Source: Macrostomum lignano (Eukaryota). From it: a DNA stretch of 64,000 bases. Each line of letters opens with the position of its first letter. Within the stretch, counting starts at the first letter, position 1. Below are positions 25,301 through 36,200 of this stretch, in pieces. The stretch covers positions 349,298-413,297 of the forward strand of contig NIVC01000911.1 of NCBI GenBank assembly GCA_002269645.1, written 5' to 3'. The notes under the pieces are model-generated. The model did not search any database and was not told where the DNA came from. It worked only from the letters and a program-made list of their open reading frames with translations. A program made the translations under genes and the position numbers.

Positions 25301-28300
25301 CCAGCCTCCCAGATCCTCAGTTGCTGGGCCACCAGCCTCCCAGATCCTCAGTTGCTGGGCCACCAGCCTCCCAGATCCTCAGTTGCTGGGCCAACCTTCG
25401 AAATCCCATAGCCTAATATCCTCAAAATGCTTAAAAACTATATTGATGTTCTATATGCTGCTGAAGATTATACACAACTGCCTGCATATAAGAAAAATCT
25501 CAATACACCACACGGAACACACGTGTGCACCCGAACTCGCCAGATCCCAGACTATCAGCGCAGGCGAACTCTATCCAGCGCCTCATCTTCACACGGCGAC
25601 GCTGCCTCATCGGCTCTTGGCAGCAGCGCTGGCGGCTTGAGCCCGTCAGCCTCTTTGAGCCTGCAACCGGGTGCCCTAAGGGTAGGAAAAAATAGAATGG
25701 TTGTGGCATAGTTGCCGTAGTATCAAAGTAATTCACTGTTTAATACTTGCTTAGTTGATTGTAGTTTAACAATACCGCAACGGTTAATCTGAGTTAATTC
25801 TCATTATAATAACACGCTTGTAGTTGCAGATTTTAATATGATATCAATACTACTAATACGATTGTTTTTGGTGTTATTGCTGTAGCGGCATATGGGCATT
25901 TTGTTAGCAATTAAAGTTTTTCGTGTTGATTTGTATTTTTGTTTCCTTTAAGTGCATCGCGTAACGTACCCAGCTCACTGCGTTATCATTTATTTGCGTA
26001 TATATACAGTATTTTAACCCGGTTTAATCCCAGGAGCACTTAACACATGCACATTGATACTAAAATAGAAGTTAAAACCTCTGAAGACATAATACCGTTA
26101 GTCTGTGGTGCAAACCCATGCTTAAAAGTTCGATTAATCTATGGTTTAAACCAATACTAAATAAGTCAGTTAGTCTATGGTTGAAACCCATGCTAAATAA
26201 GTCAGTTAGTCTATGGTTGAAACCCATGCTAAACAAATCAGTTAGTCTATCGTTGAAACTCGTACTAAATAAGTCAATTAGTCTATGGTTGAAACCCATG
26301 CTAAACAAATCAGTTAGTCTATCGTTGAAACTCGTACTAAATAAGTCAATTAGTCTATGGTTGAAACCCATGCTAAACAAATCAGTTAGTCTATCGTTGA
26401 AACTCGTACTAAATAAGTCAATTAGTCTATGGTTGAAACCCATGCTAAATAAGTCTGTTAGTCTATGGTTGAAACCCATGCTAAATAAGTCAGTTAGTCT
26501 ATGGTTGAAACCCATGCTAAATAAGTCAGTTAGTCTATGGTTGAAACCCATGCTAAGTAAGTCAGTTAGTCTATGGTTGAAACCCATGCCAAATAAGTCA
26601 GTTAGTCTATGTTTGAAACCCATGCTAAACAAATCAGTTAGTCTATCGTTGAAACTCGTACTAAATAAGTCAATTAGTCTATGGTTGAAACCTATGCTTT
26701 AATTGAGTCAGATGTCTATTGTTTAAATCTGGCATCTAAAGAAGACCCTATTAAAGTACAATTTAAAGTGTACTTTATTACAAATATATAGGCTATTTAT
26801 GCTCCTAGATTTGCAACTAACCGACTTGACATTTGCACAAAAAATATTTTATTAAATTAGTAACAAGTTCAACAATACATATGTAACCAAATCACCATGC
26901 ACAGTCGCAGTGTTCGCAGTACAGTAGAAGGCGGAGCTCCGTTATGCTTCCTGGTACTCCTAGCTACGTTGGAACCGGAACTGGAAGCGGTTCCAGCCGG
27001 GAAGCCAGCAGCGTGCACAGCAGCAGTATACAAGTGTCGCCAGATAATTCTTTTTCGCAGAAGCAGCTCAGAATGGCACTGCGTAGCCAACAACAGGTTT
27101 CTTAATAGTTATAATTCCTTTGCCTGCAATTTCTGTGTTGTCTTCTGCACTTTACACTTAAAGCTTTTTTCACGTGACGCTTTTCATTCTTTTAGTTCAA
27201 CGAGTAGAAAAATATTGATTTTGTCAGCCTAACTGAGAATAAAGCCATCCAAAGTGAGAATCCTGCCTACGCTGACTGCGAAGGGCCTGGCTGCGTGCAG
27301 CCTTGGTCTGTGGGCCATAGACAGTAAAGGACAGGCAAAGTGATAAAAAGCCATCCAATGTGAGAATCGATTGGTCTATGCGTCGTATTCTTTTATTTTT
27401 ATACCTTCTGAGCTTCTGAGCCATATGACTAGCCAATCCTAGCTTGTCCTTTATTGTCTATGGCTCATAGACTAGGCTGGACGCAGCTAGGCCCTTCGCA
27501 GTCAGCGTAGGCAGGATTCTCACTTTAGATGGCTTTATTCTCAGTTAGGCTGACAAAACCAATATTAATTGCTTTACAGGCGTTCTTTTTTCTCTTTAGA
27601 AAAAGTTGAAAAGTATCTTTTTTGGCTTATTGAACTGACTGGCCTATAGCGCAAAAGTCGCCAAAAAGTCATTGAAAACAACTCACTTTGAGTTGATTCT
27701 TGGCCTGGGTACTGGCAACTCAAATAAATTGGAGCAAACATGCTGTTTTGCTCATAGACAGTGTTCTATTCTGTCCAAAGACAGTGTTTCCGTGACTGAG
27801 AGTGTTTAGAGAACTTTAAAGCAAGCATTCTGGCCCATAGAACTTCATATCTACGTTTTTTATTGACTTTATAGTCTATGGCCAAGTGCAGGGAATTCGG
27901 ATTCTTCCACAGCTGTGTCCTTGACCTTCAACTGACATTGAAAACTGTACATTTTCTCTGATTAGATTATTTTTATAGAACCTAATTTCAACTATCACTT
28001 GCGCACTTTTCAAAATATTTAATTAGAACTTTTTATTGTTGTGTTTAATTAATATTTTTCCTAATTTTAAAGCTTAATATATCTTCTACAACGCTAATAT
28101 ATGTAGGCCGCTGCTGCCAGTCGTTCTGTGACACCACCGCAACAGCAGCAGCAACAGCAACAGCAATATCCTCGTCAAAGAAGTGGCGACAGTGCCAGTT
28201 CAGCTTCTCCGCCGCCTCATCATCTTCATCAACATCATCAGCCCCAGCCTCCGCCATCAATGCCTCCACCTTTGATGGGTGCCGCAATAAACAGAAGCAG

Positions 28301-28886
28301 AAATCCAAGCAGAAGCTCCAGTCAGGCTCCTCCGCCACAGCAGCAGCCGCAGCAGCAGCAGCAACTGCCGCCTTCCAGTCAGGCAAAGGCAACAAAAGAA
28401 GGCCTGGTCAATCCCATATCCGAGGCCAATCGCCGCGGCATCCTGCCCCGAGTCATGAGCGGCATGCTGGCTTCGATGCGTCGTAAAATGGGCGTCAAAG
28501 AGGTGCACCTGCCTGACGATAGCAATCCCAGCATCATGTGGGACCCGGTCAACAAGGTGTGGGTCAATGTCAACGAGGGCGATGATCAGCGTCTGCTGAA
28601 CTCGGCGCCTCCGCCAGCTCCTGTCGCCGGCCAGTCGGGGCCGCAGCAGCCGCAGCAGCACCGGCTCGGGCCTGCCGCTCTTGGCCGACCCAAATACGTC
28701 GATCTGCTGAGCAGCCAGGCTGTTAAATCGTCATCGTCGCAGCAACAGCAGCAGCAGCAACCTCCCGGAGGTCCGCCGCCGCCTCCGATGCCGCCGCCGA
28801 TGCCACAACTATTTAATCCGGGCAGTTCCTCGTCTGGCCCGGCTGCCAATTATAACTTCTTTGTGCCGTCATCTACTGCTGATTGA
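10304..28886 (+). CDS. SEC16: Protein transport protein Sec16 (ER exit-site scaffold), 10 predicted coding exons, about 2683 aa
   Basis: Predicted exons 10304-10620, 11255-16061, 18459-18713, 20017-20373, 21149-21499, 23474-23713, 24084-24698, 25544-25681, 26905-27096, 28107-28886; all GT-AG and frame-consistent. Central conserved domain motifs: TPLKF..PHARLG, FPGPL, LIRNNG-ITMGADLTDLLL, RFRKLLMYGRKREALEYA..HGLWGQALFL, RFANQ...NDPLQTLYQ, WRPHLAMLLSN, MGDTLAAR..LYASQLCYLMA, FATNEAIQLTEVFEYA, PYKFMYATRLLDAG. C-terminal motif HLPDDSNPSIMWDPVNKVWVN. Exons 8 and 9 rest on splice sites and frame only. Confidence 0.93.
10745..11085 (+). repeat. Degenerate minisatellite of about 21 bp in SEC16 intron 1
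   Basis: Recurrent (A)CTTCTCAATCTCAGGATGAG-like units. Confidence 0.7.
12204..14610 (+). repeat. Coding tandem repeat (36-42 bp units) encoding SQAYQQSAPPPA variants, with an internal 597-bp duplication
   Basis: Visible in the 1611-aa ORF. Block 12751-13347 is repeated at 13348-13944 (identical shadow ORFs are offset by 597). Confidence 0.97.
16110..18447 (+). repeat. Minisatellite of about 28 bp, GAGAGAATCGCCCTTTACCTACCT plus variable GA, filling SEC16 intron 2
   Basis: Directly visible. Includes a 600-bp higher-order duplication (16646-17245 and 17246-17845). Confidence 0.98.
18890..19870 (+). repeat. 14/28-bp minisatellite TTAAGACAGTCACC-TTGAGACAGACATA in SEC16 intron 3
   Basis: Directly visible. 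Heterogeneous 14-mers at the 5' end give way to homogeneous 28-mer dimers at the 3' end. Confidence 0.96.
20460..21090 (+). repeat. Degenerate minisatellite of about 23 bp, TAGAATCGCCCCTAATCCCTACT, in SEC16 intron 4
   Basis: Directly visible; the units are diverged. Confidence 0.85.
21578..22868 (+). repeat. 21-bp minisatellite CTATTCACCGGACACTTATCC in SEC16 intron 5
   Basis: Directly visible. Confidence 0.97.
22885..23443 (+). repeat. 22-bp minisatellite TCTGTATGAGCAGACACAAGAA in SEC16 intron 5
   Basis: Directly visible; it follows the 21-bp array. Confidence 0.96.
23780..24030 (+). repeat. 40-bp minisatellite ATTATCCCCAAAGCGTCAATAAGTATCAGAATAGGAGAGA in SEC16 intron 6
   Basis: About six copies visible. 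Confidence 0.95.
24830..25393 (+). repeat. 31-bp minisatellite CAGTTGCTGGGCCACCAGCCTCCCAGATCCT in SEC16 intron 7
   Basis: Directly visible. Confidence 0.96.
26085..26700 (+). repeat. 36-bp minisatellite AGTTAGTCTATGGTTGAAACCCATGCTAAATAAGTC in SEC16 intron 8
   Basis: Directly visible. Confidence 0.96.
27211..27566. mobile_element. MITE-like element with long terminal inverted repeats in SEC16 intron 9
   Basis: AATATTGATTTTGTCAGCCTAACTGAGAATAAAGCCATC... is matched by ...GATGGCTTTATTCTCAGTTAGGCTGACAAAACCAATATT. The arms are over 100 bp, and there is no coding capacity. Confidence 0.88.
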
Positions 28887-29240
28887 TTGGTTTATCATTT
28901 ATTGATTTATCGATCGATTTATTGAGTTATCTATCGATTTGTTTATTGATTTATCGATCGATCGGTTTACTTATTAATCAATTAATTGATTTATCCATCG
29001 CTTGGTTTATCGATCGATTGATTGATTGGTTTATTGATCGATTGATTTATTGATCGATTGATTGATTGGTTTATTGATCGATTGATTGCTTGGTAATATC
29101 GATCGATTGATTGATTGGTTTATTGATCGATTGATTGCTTGGTAATATCGATCGATTGATTGATTGGTTTATCGATCGATTGTTTTATCCATCGCTTGGT
29201 TTATCAATTGATTGATAAATTTGGTAATCGATTAATTTAT
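28885..29240 (+). repeat. ATTGAT/ATCGAT-rich degenerate tandem repeat starting at the SEC16 stop codon
   Basis: Units such as ATTGATCGATTGATTGATTGGTTT and TTTATTGATTTATCGATCG. Confidence 0.88.
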
Positions 29241-29772
29241 ATTAATGTTTTAATGCGCGCGATTAGTATAATTATTTTTCTGATTTTAATATTTAAATTA
29301 TTGTGCGCTCGGATTCTGTTTAAGCTTTGTTCGCGTGTCTCCTATTCATTCCAATCAGATTGGGTGGAATATATTGAAACAATATTTCCCTAAATATTAT
29401 ATAAACTACTTAAAGTAGATGGGTCGTTTTTATTTATATTTCTCTGCTCTATCCTATCTAATTCAATTGGCTTATTATTTTATTGCTTGTTGTAGTACGC
29501 GGTATCCACTCTATATTCGTTGCTTTGAGTAAATTCATTAATTGTTTTTTCTGTTTTTTTCTTTGTGACTTCACTCACTATTTCTCACTGTTTTGACTCG
29601 ATAGAAACAAGTGCTGTTTTCTGATCAGTAGGTGCATGCATAAGTACATAACTATAGAGAAAATTTAGTCTGTTAATTACCATTTTAGCTAGGAATTGAT
29701 TTGATAAATGCGTTTAATTTCAATTACATGTCAGTCTCTAAAAGATTTTATTAAACTCTTTTGTCGTCCCTA

Positions 29773-29990
29773 GATTGTGGTTTAGCGCCTCTGACTTTGA
29801 TTTTGGCGCTCTTGGATTGGATTTTGGCGCCTCTGGGTTTGATTGTGTCGCTCCTAGATTTCATTTTTACGCCCCTAAATTGGATTGTGGCGCCCCTAGC
29901 TTGGATAGTGGCGCGCCTAGATTGGATTGTGGCGCCCCTAGATTGGATTGTGGCGCCCCTAGCTTGGATTTTGGCGCCCCTAGATTTTTA
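29773..29990 (+). repeat. 21-bp minisatellite TGGATTGTGGCGCCCCTAGAT
   Basis: About 10 copies visible. Confidence 0.9.
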
Positions 29991-30119
29991 TAAACTTCAG
30001 TTTCATAGTCTTGATTGACTGAAATTTGATAGAGATAATATTTTTTAAATTGATGGATTGCAGTTTAACGGAGAGGATTTTGATGATATCTGTTTCATGG
30101 AGAGGATGAAATGGCTAAA

Positions 30120-30680
30120 TGAAATGGAATAGAGAAAAGAGAAAAGGAAAGAGAAGATAAAATATTAGATGAAAGAGAACATAAACAGAGAGAATTAAAA
30201 GGGACAGATTAGAGAAAAGAAAAAAAGAGAATAAAGGCGAGAGAAGAGATGATGGAATTAGGACGAGAGAGGAGAGGGGGGTAAGAGAGGAGAAAGAGGA
30301 GACAGGAGGGAGTAGAGCCGAAAGACGAGAGAGAAGAGATAAATGAGTAGAGATGAGGGGAGAGAGAGGAGAGAGAAGCGAGATTAAGGGAGAGAGGAGA
30401 GGGGAGAAAGTAGAGAGATGAGTGAGCAGAGAGGAGATAAAGGAGAGAAGAGAGAAGAGAGAAGAGAGAAGAGATAAAAGAGGAGAGAGGAAAAAGTAGA
30501 GAGGAGAAAGTAGTGAGGAGAAAGAAGAGAGTAAATATGAGAGCGCAGAGAGGAGAGATAAGAGAGTAGAGATGAGAGATGAGAGATGAGATGAGAAATG
30601 ATAGATAAGCGAGGAGATGAGAGCAGAGAGGAGATAGGAGAGATTAGAGATGATAGAGCAAAGAGGAGAGAGGAGACAGG
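30120..30680 (+). repeat. GA-rich polypurine low-complexity tract
   Basis: Almost pure A/G on the + strand for about 550 bp. Confidence 0.9.
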
Positions 30681-31599
30681 CGAGAGTCAGTCTGGATGAT
30701 GGCAGGCAGTCAGTTTTTGCAAACAGGTAAAACAACATGGTTTTTGGGAGCTTAATAGAGGATTTGGAGAGGATTTGGACGATGGGATTCGTGTCATTGG
30801 ATTCAGCTGATGGATTTCAGAAAATGAAATCCTGGCGATGGGAGTTCTTCCCCTTACTCCACCAACGGAGGAGTTGGCCTCGTCATATTATATCAATCCT
30901 GATACCTTTTGAGTAACTATTTACTTTATTATTTGAGTATTTATTATCGATATCAATAATTATTTATTCAAATTGATTACTTTCTCTTTCACTGATGTTA
31001 TCTGTCGAATTTCACTGACTAATTTAAATAAAATAAAAAATCTTTCTGTTGTCAATTGCTTTCATTTTTCCGTGACCGTAATTAGTAGAAAGTATGAATT
31101 GCTTATATAGTAATGATAATTACTAATACCGGTACTAATTATTAATTTGCTGTAAACATTAAGTGCAGTGCATGTTTTTGCTTTATTGATGTGAATTGAA
31201 AATCATTAAGGACAATATAGCAGTTATTAATGATTATTGGTGATTGGTGTCTTTTTTGCTTTTTGTTGTCTTCGTTTTTACACTGTAATAAATGTAATAC
31301 GTACATATTTAACCTGGCTATTAGACTGATTTTGTCAAATTTAATCAACTGCTTTCAAAGTGTCATTGGCTATAGAAGACAGAAATAATTGGCTAAGAAT
31401 TGCGTTTTTCTTGAATAATTTTGTGATTTGGGTCGATAGACTGACAGAAGGATTTGCTAGTTCTGAAAAAATAAAACAGAAGACTGTTTTGTTTGCTCGT
31501 AGTTTTCTTTGTATTTGAACTCAATTTATTTATAATTTCTAACTGCCACTTACTTATATAGTGTGTTATTATGCATATGCAGAATAGTAAGCCTTTACA

Positions 31600-31995
31600 A
31601 AAACCGAAAATTCACAAACCCAAAACTTCCCAAACCCGAATCTTCCCCAAATCTGTATCTTCCACAAATTCGAATCTTCCCAAATCCGAATCTTCCCAAA
31701 CCCGAATCTTCCCCAAATCCGTATCTTCCACAAATCCGAATCTTCCCAAACCCGAATCTTCCCCAAATCCGAATCTTCCCCAAATCCGAATCTTCCCCAA
31801 ATCCGAATCTTCCCAAACCCAAAACTTCCCAAACCCGAATTAAACCCGAAACTTCTTAAACCCGAAACTTACCAAGCCAGAAACTTCCCAAACCTGAATT
31901 TTCCCAAACTCGAAACATTTTTAAACCCGAAACTTCCCAAACCTGAAACTTCTCAAAATCGAATCTTCCCAAAACCGAATCTTCCCAAACCCGAC
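31600..31995 (+). repeat. 15-16-bp minisatellite CCGAATCTTCCCAAA
   Basis: Directly visible, just downstream of a GTAAGC donor-like site at 31587. Confidence 0.92.
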
Positions 31996-32224
31996 ATGCA
32001 CATGCTGTCTGGGTGTACTTGGTGTACAGCGGTTTTTAAGTATACCAGACTATGTAACAATTTACGCCAAAAACCAATGTTAAAATACTATATATTTATG
32101 GTTAAGAGTTAAGACTTTGATATATTCGAAGTTGAAGTAATACCACCATTTAGTGGTATTCGTGAATCCTTTAAATTATGTTCATGAGAAATACTCCTCT
32201 TAGGACAAGTGAAAAGTACCCTAA

Positions 32225-32960
32225 ATATTAGTCAAGCAAGAAATACCATGCCTCTAATATTAGTCAAGTGAGAAATACCATGCCTCTCATATTAGTCAAG
32301 TGAGAAATACTCCTCGTATTAGTCAAGTGACAAAATAACCCATCCAATTCACAAGTGAGAAATACCCTTCATATTAGTAAGTAAGCAAGTAAGAAATACC
32401 AAACCTCTCATATTAGTCAAGTGAGAAATACCTCTGATTAATCAAGTGAGAAGTGCCTCTCATATTCGTCAACTGATAAATACCCCTCATTAGTCAACTG
32501 ATAATTACCCCATCATATTAGTCAAGTGAGAAATACCCCTTATATTAGTCAACTGAGAAATGCCCCTCATATTAGTCAACTGAGAAATGCCCCTCATATT
32601 AGTCAACTGAGAAATACCCCCTCATATTATTCAAGGGAAAAATACCCCCCTCATATTAGCCAACTGAGAAATACCTCATCATATTAGTCAACTGAGAAAT
32701 ACCTCATCATATTAGTCAACTGAGAAATACCCCTCATATTAGTCAACTGAGAAATACCCCTCATATTAGTTAAGTGAAAAATACGCCTCTTATAGGGAAA
32801 CGGAGAAATATCCCTCATTAGTCAAGTGAGAAATACCCCTCATATTAGTCAAGTGAGAAATACCCCTCATATTAGTCAAGTGAGAAATACCCCTCATATT
32901 AGTTAAGTGAGAAATACGCCTCATAGGGGAAGTGAGAAATACCCCATCATATTAGTCAAC
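32225..32960 (+). repeat. 27-bp minisatellite TATTAGTCAAGTGAGAAATACCCCTCA
   Basis: Directly visible. Confidence 0.93.
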
Positions 32961-33025
32961 CCCCAAGGATAAATAAGTTCAGGGCCGCTGTACACTCCTG
33001 TTTGAGTGTGTGCCTGTGCGTATGA

Positions 33026-33117
33026 CTGCGTACGTATCCGCGCGCTTGTGTGCCTGCTCAGGGGAGTCGGCGGAATGGGCAGCAATGCCTCTCGCCGGTT
33101 GTGTGACAATGTCGCTT
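33026..33117 (+). repeat. 92-bp dispersed repeat fragment (second copy at 42056-42147)
   Basis: CTGCGTACGTATCC...CTCAGGGGAGTC...CTCGCCGGTTGTGTGACAATGTCGCTT is shared between the two sites. Confidence 0.9.
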
Positions 33118-33240
33118 TAAGTGCCTTTAAAAATACCTTCAATCAAGCAACTGAGAGTTATGCTATCTAAGAAACACACCCAATAAGCCAGTGTCAAGAA
33201 TCCATATCTCCTTATGCATTCATGCCAATCCTAATCAGTC

Positions 33241-36200
33241 ATGCACACGGTGGATCTCAATAAGGTGTCCAGCTATTCATCAGAGGACCCAGCTTACCCT
33301 GCCAGCAACCTGTTGAAGAGCAGCGGCTCGCACAAATGGAAATGCGCCAAGCCTGGCGAACCGAAAGCAATTGTATGTTTCCAATTGAAATCGCCCGTTA
33401 AAATTGTACAGATTGATGTTGGCAATGAAGGCTCCGCGCTTGTTGAAGTGCTAGTTAGCCGGGATGCGGATCCCACGGACACCTGGCAGGTGCTTCTGGC
33501 AGCTTCGTCTCTCATGAGCCCGGCTGATGCTAAGAAGGGCTCCGATTTGAATCGAGTGCGAACTTTCCAATCTGACCAGCTGCATAAGCCGGCTTGCAAT
33601 GAAAAATGGGATAAGATTAGAGTAGTTTGCAGTCAGCCATTTAGTAAGTCTCTGCAGTACGGCTTGAGTTTTATTAAGTTTGTCTCCGCTGATGAGGCCG
33701 CTACAAGCGGTGGCACCGTTCACACCAAGGTGATTTTCGATTTCTTTTCGTTCGATTCTGTAGTTAAACCCCTCGTTTAAAAACACGGATTTCCCTATTT
33801 ACAAAACCCCGGAATTCCCCATTTGAGAAACCCGGAATTCCCCATTTGCGTAACCCGGAATTCCCCATTTGAGAAACCCGGAATTCCTCATCTGAGTAAC
33901 CCGGAATTTCCCATCTGAGTAACCCAGAATTCCCCGTCTGAGCAACCCGGAATTCCCCATTTGAGAAACCTGGAATTTCCCATTTGAGAAACCCGATATT
34001 CCCCATTTGAGTAACCCGGAATTCGCTATCTGAGTAACCCGGAATCCCCCATCTGAGTAACCCGGAATTCCCCATCTGTGTAACCCGGAATCCCCCATCT
34101 GAGTAACCCGGAATTCCCCATCTGAGTAACCCGGAATCACCCATTTGAGAAACCCGGAATTCTCCATTTGAAAACCCCATTCGAAGACACGGATTTCCTC
34201 AATTGAGAACCGCAGAAGTCCCCATTGAGAAACCCGGAATTCCCCATCTGATTAACTTGGAATTCCCCATTTAAGAAACCCGGAATTCCCTATTTGAGTA
34301 ACCCGGAATTCCTCTTTTGAGAAACCCGGAATTCCCTATCTGAGTAACCCGGAATTTTCCATTTTAGTAACCCCAGGAATCCCATTAAAAACCAGGAATT
34401 CCCCATTTGAGAAACCCGGAATCCACCATTTAAGAACCCGGAATTCCCTACTTGAAAACCCCGGAATTCCCATTTCAGAAACCCCGAATTCCCTATTAAC
34501 AACCCCGGAAATCCCGATTAGAGACCTCGGAATTTCCCTTTTAAAAACCCCGAAATTCCACATTAAAAAACCGCAGAGTTCCCCATTAGCGACCTCGGAA
34601 TTCCCTATTTAAAAACCACGAAATTATAATAGGGAATTTAAGACCCCCGAAATTCCCCATTTGAAACCTCCGGAATTCCCCACTTAGGAACACAGAATCC
34701 CCATCTTTGAGAACACAGAATCCCCATTTTTAAGAACACAGAATCCCTATCTTTGAGAACACAGAATCCCCATTTTTAAGAACACAGAATCCCCATTTTT
34801 GAGAACACAGAATCCCCATTTTTGAGAACACAGAATTCCCATTTTTAAGAACACAGAATCCCCATTTTTGAGAACACAGAATCCCCATTTTTGAGAACAC
34901 AGAATCCCCATTTTTGAGAACACAGAATCCCCATTTTTGAGAACACAGAATCCCCATTTTTGAGAACACAGAATCCCCATTTTTGAGAACACAGAATCCC
35001 CATTTTTGAGAACACAGAATCCCCTCGCCAAATCTCAGGTCGGCGACTTCGCCATTCGCGACGACGACCAAGACGAAATCGACGATCAGAAGAATGGCGT
35101 CGGAGACGACAAGAAGAAGCCGGCCGCCGGCAAGAACGGTTCTGAGGACTCGATAACCCGCCCCGGCGGTTTGTTCTCGTCTAGGGTGAAGAAGGGCGGC
35201 GCTGAGGAGGCCGCTGGGGAAGCTAAAAAGAAGACGCCAGTTGCTGCTGCTGCTGCTGCAACCGCTAAGCCAAAACTGTTCAAAGCATCTTCTGGAGAAG
35301 AAGAAGAAGAAGACGATGAAGAAAAAGACAAAGCAGCAAAAGCAGAAGATCGGCGAGACAGAGAAAAAAAGACAGCCGATAAGAAGGCTTCGTCGAGCAG
35401 TGTGGCGGGAGAGGAGTTCTCCCAGCTGCTCAAAGGTGTGGTGTTCGCCATGTCCGGCTACCAGAATCCCAGGCGGGGACAGCTGAGGGATAAAGCGACT
35501 AAGATGGGGGCGAAGTACCGGCCCGACTGGGGGCCCGGCTGCACCCACCTGGTGTGCGCGTTCGCTAATACGCCTAAGTTTAACCAGGTGAGACTGGCTT
35601 GCTTACTTTGGGTTGAGGGGCACTAAATAATCGTCAATCTAGTCAAAAAGAATTCCCATCCACCCCAAAAAGAATCGCCTATCTACCTAGAAAGAATCCC
35701 CCTTCTACCCATAGAAAATCACCTATCCACCCCAAAGAGAATCGCCCATCCACCCCAAAGAATCGCCCATCCACAGCAAAGAGAATCGCCCACCCACCCA
35801 AAGAGAATCGCCCATCCACCCCGAAGAGAATCGCCCATCCACACCAAAGAGAATCGCCCATCCACACCAAAGAGAATCGCCCATCCACCCCAAAGAGAAT
35901 CGCCCATCCACCCCGAAGAGAATCGCCCATCCACACCAAAGAGAATCGCCCATCCACACCAAAGAGAATCGCCCATCCACACCGAAGAGAATCGCCCATC
36001 CACACCAAAGAGAATCGCCCATCCACCCGAAGAGAATCGCCCATCCACACCAAAGAGAATCGCCCATCCACCCGAAGAGAATCGCCCATCCACACCAAAG
36101 AGAATCGCCCATCCACACCAAAGAGAATCGCCCATCCACCCCGAAGAGAATCGCCCATCCACACCAAAGAGAATCGCCCATCCACACCAAAGAGAATCGC

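Noticed and set aside
21515-26702. ORFs of 100-250 aa over intronic arrays (SPDTYSY, CPVNRDK, LLIQI, GHQPPRSS, LKPMLNKS)
   Set aside because: These are translations of minisatellites with no domain similarity, lying inside predicted introns.
30680-30726. Possible 47-nt micro-exon (CAG|GCGAGAGTC...AAACAG|GTAAAA) downstream of SEC16
   Set aside because: The splice sites are plausible but I could not link it in frame to any upstream or downstream exon, and SEC16 already has an in-frame stop at 28886.
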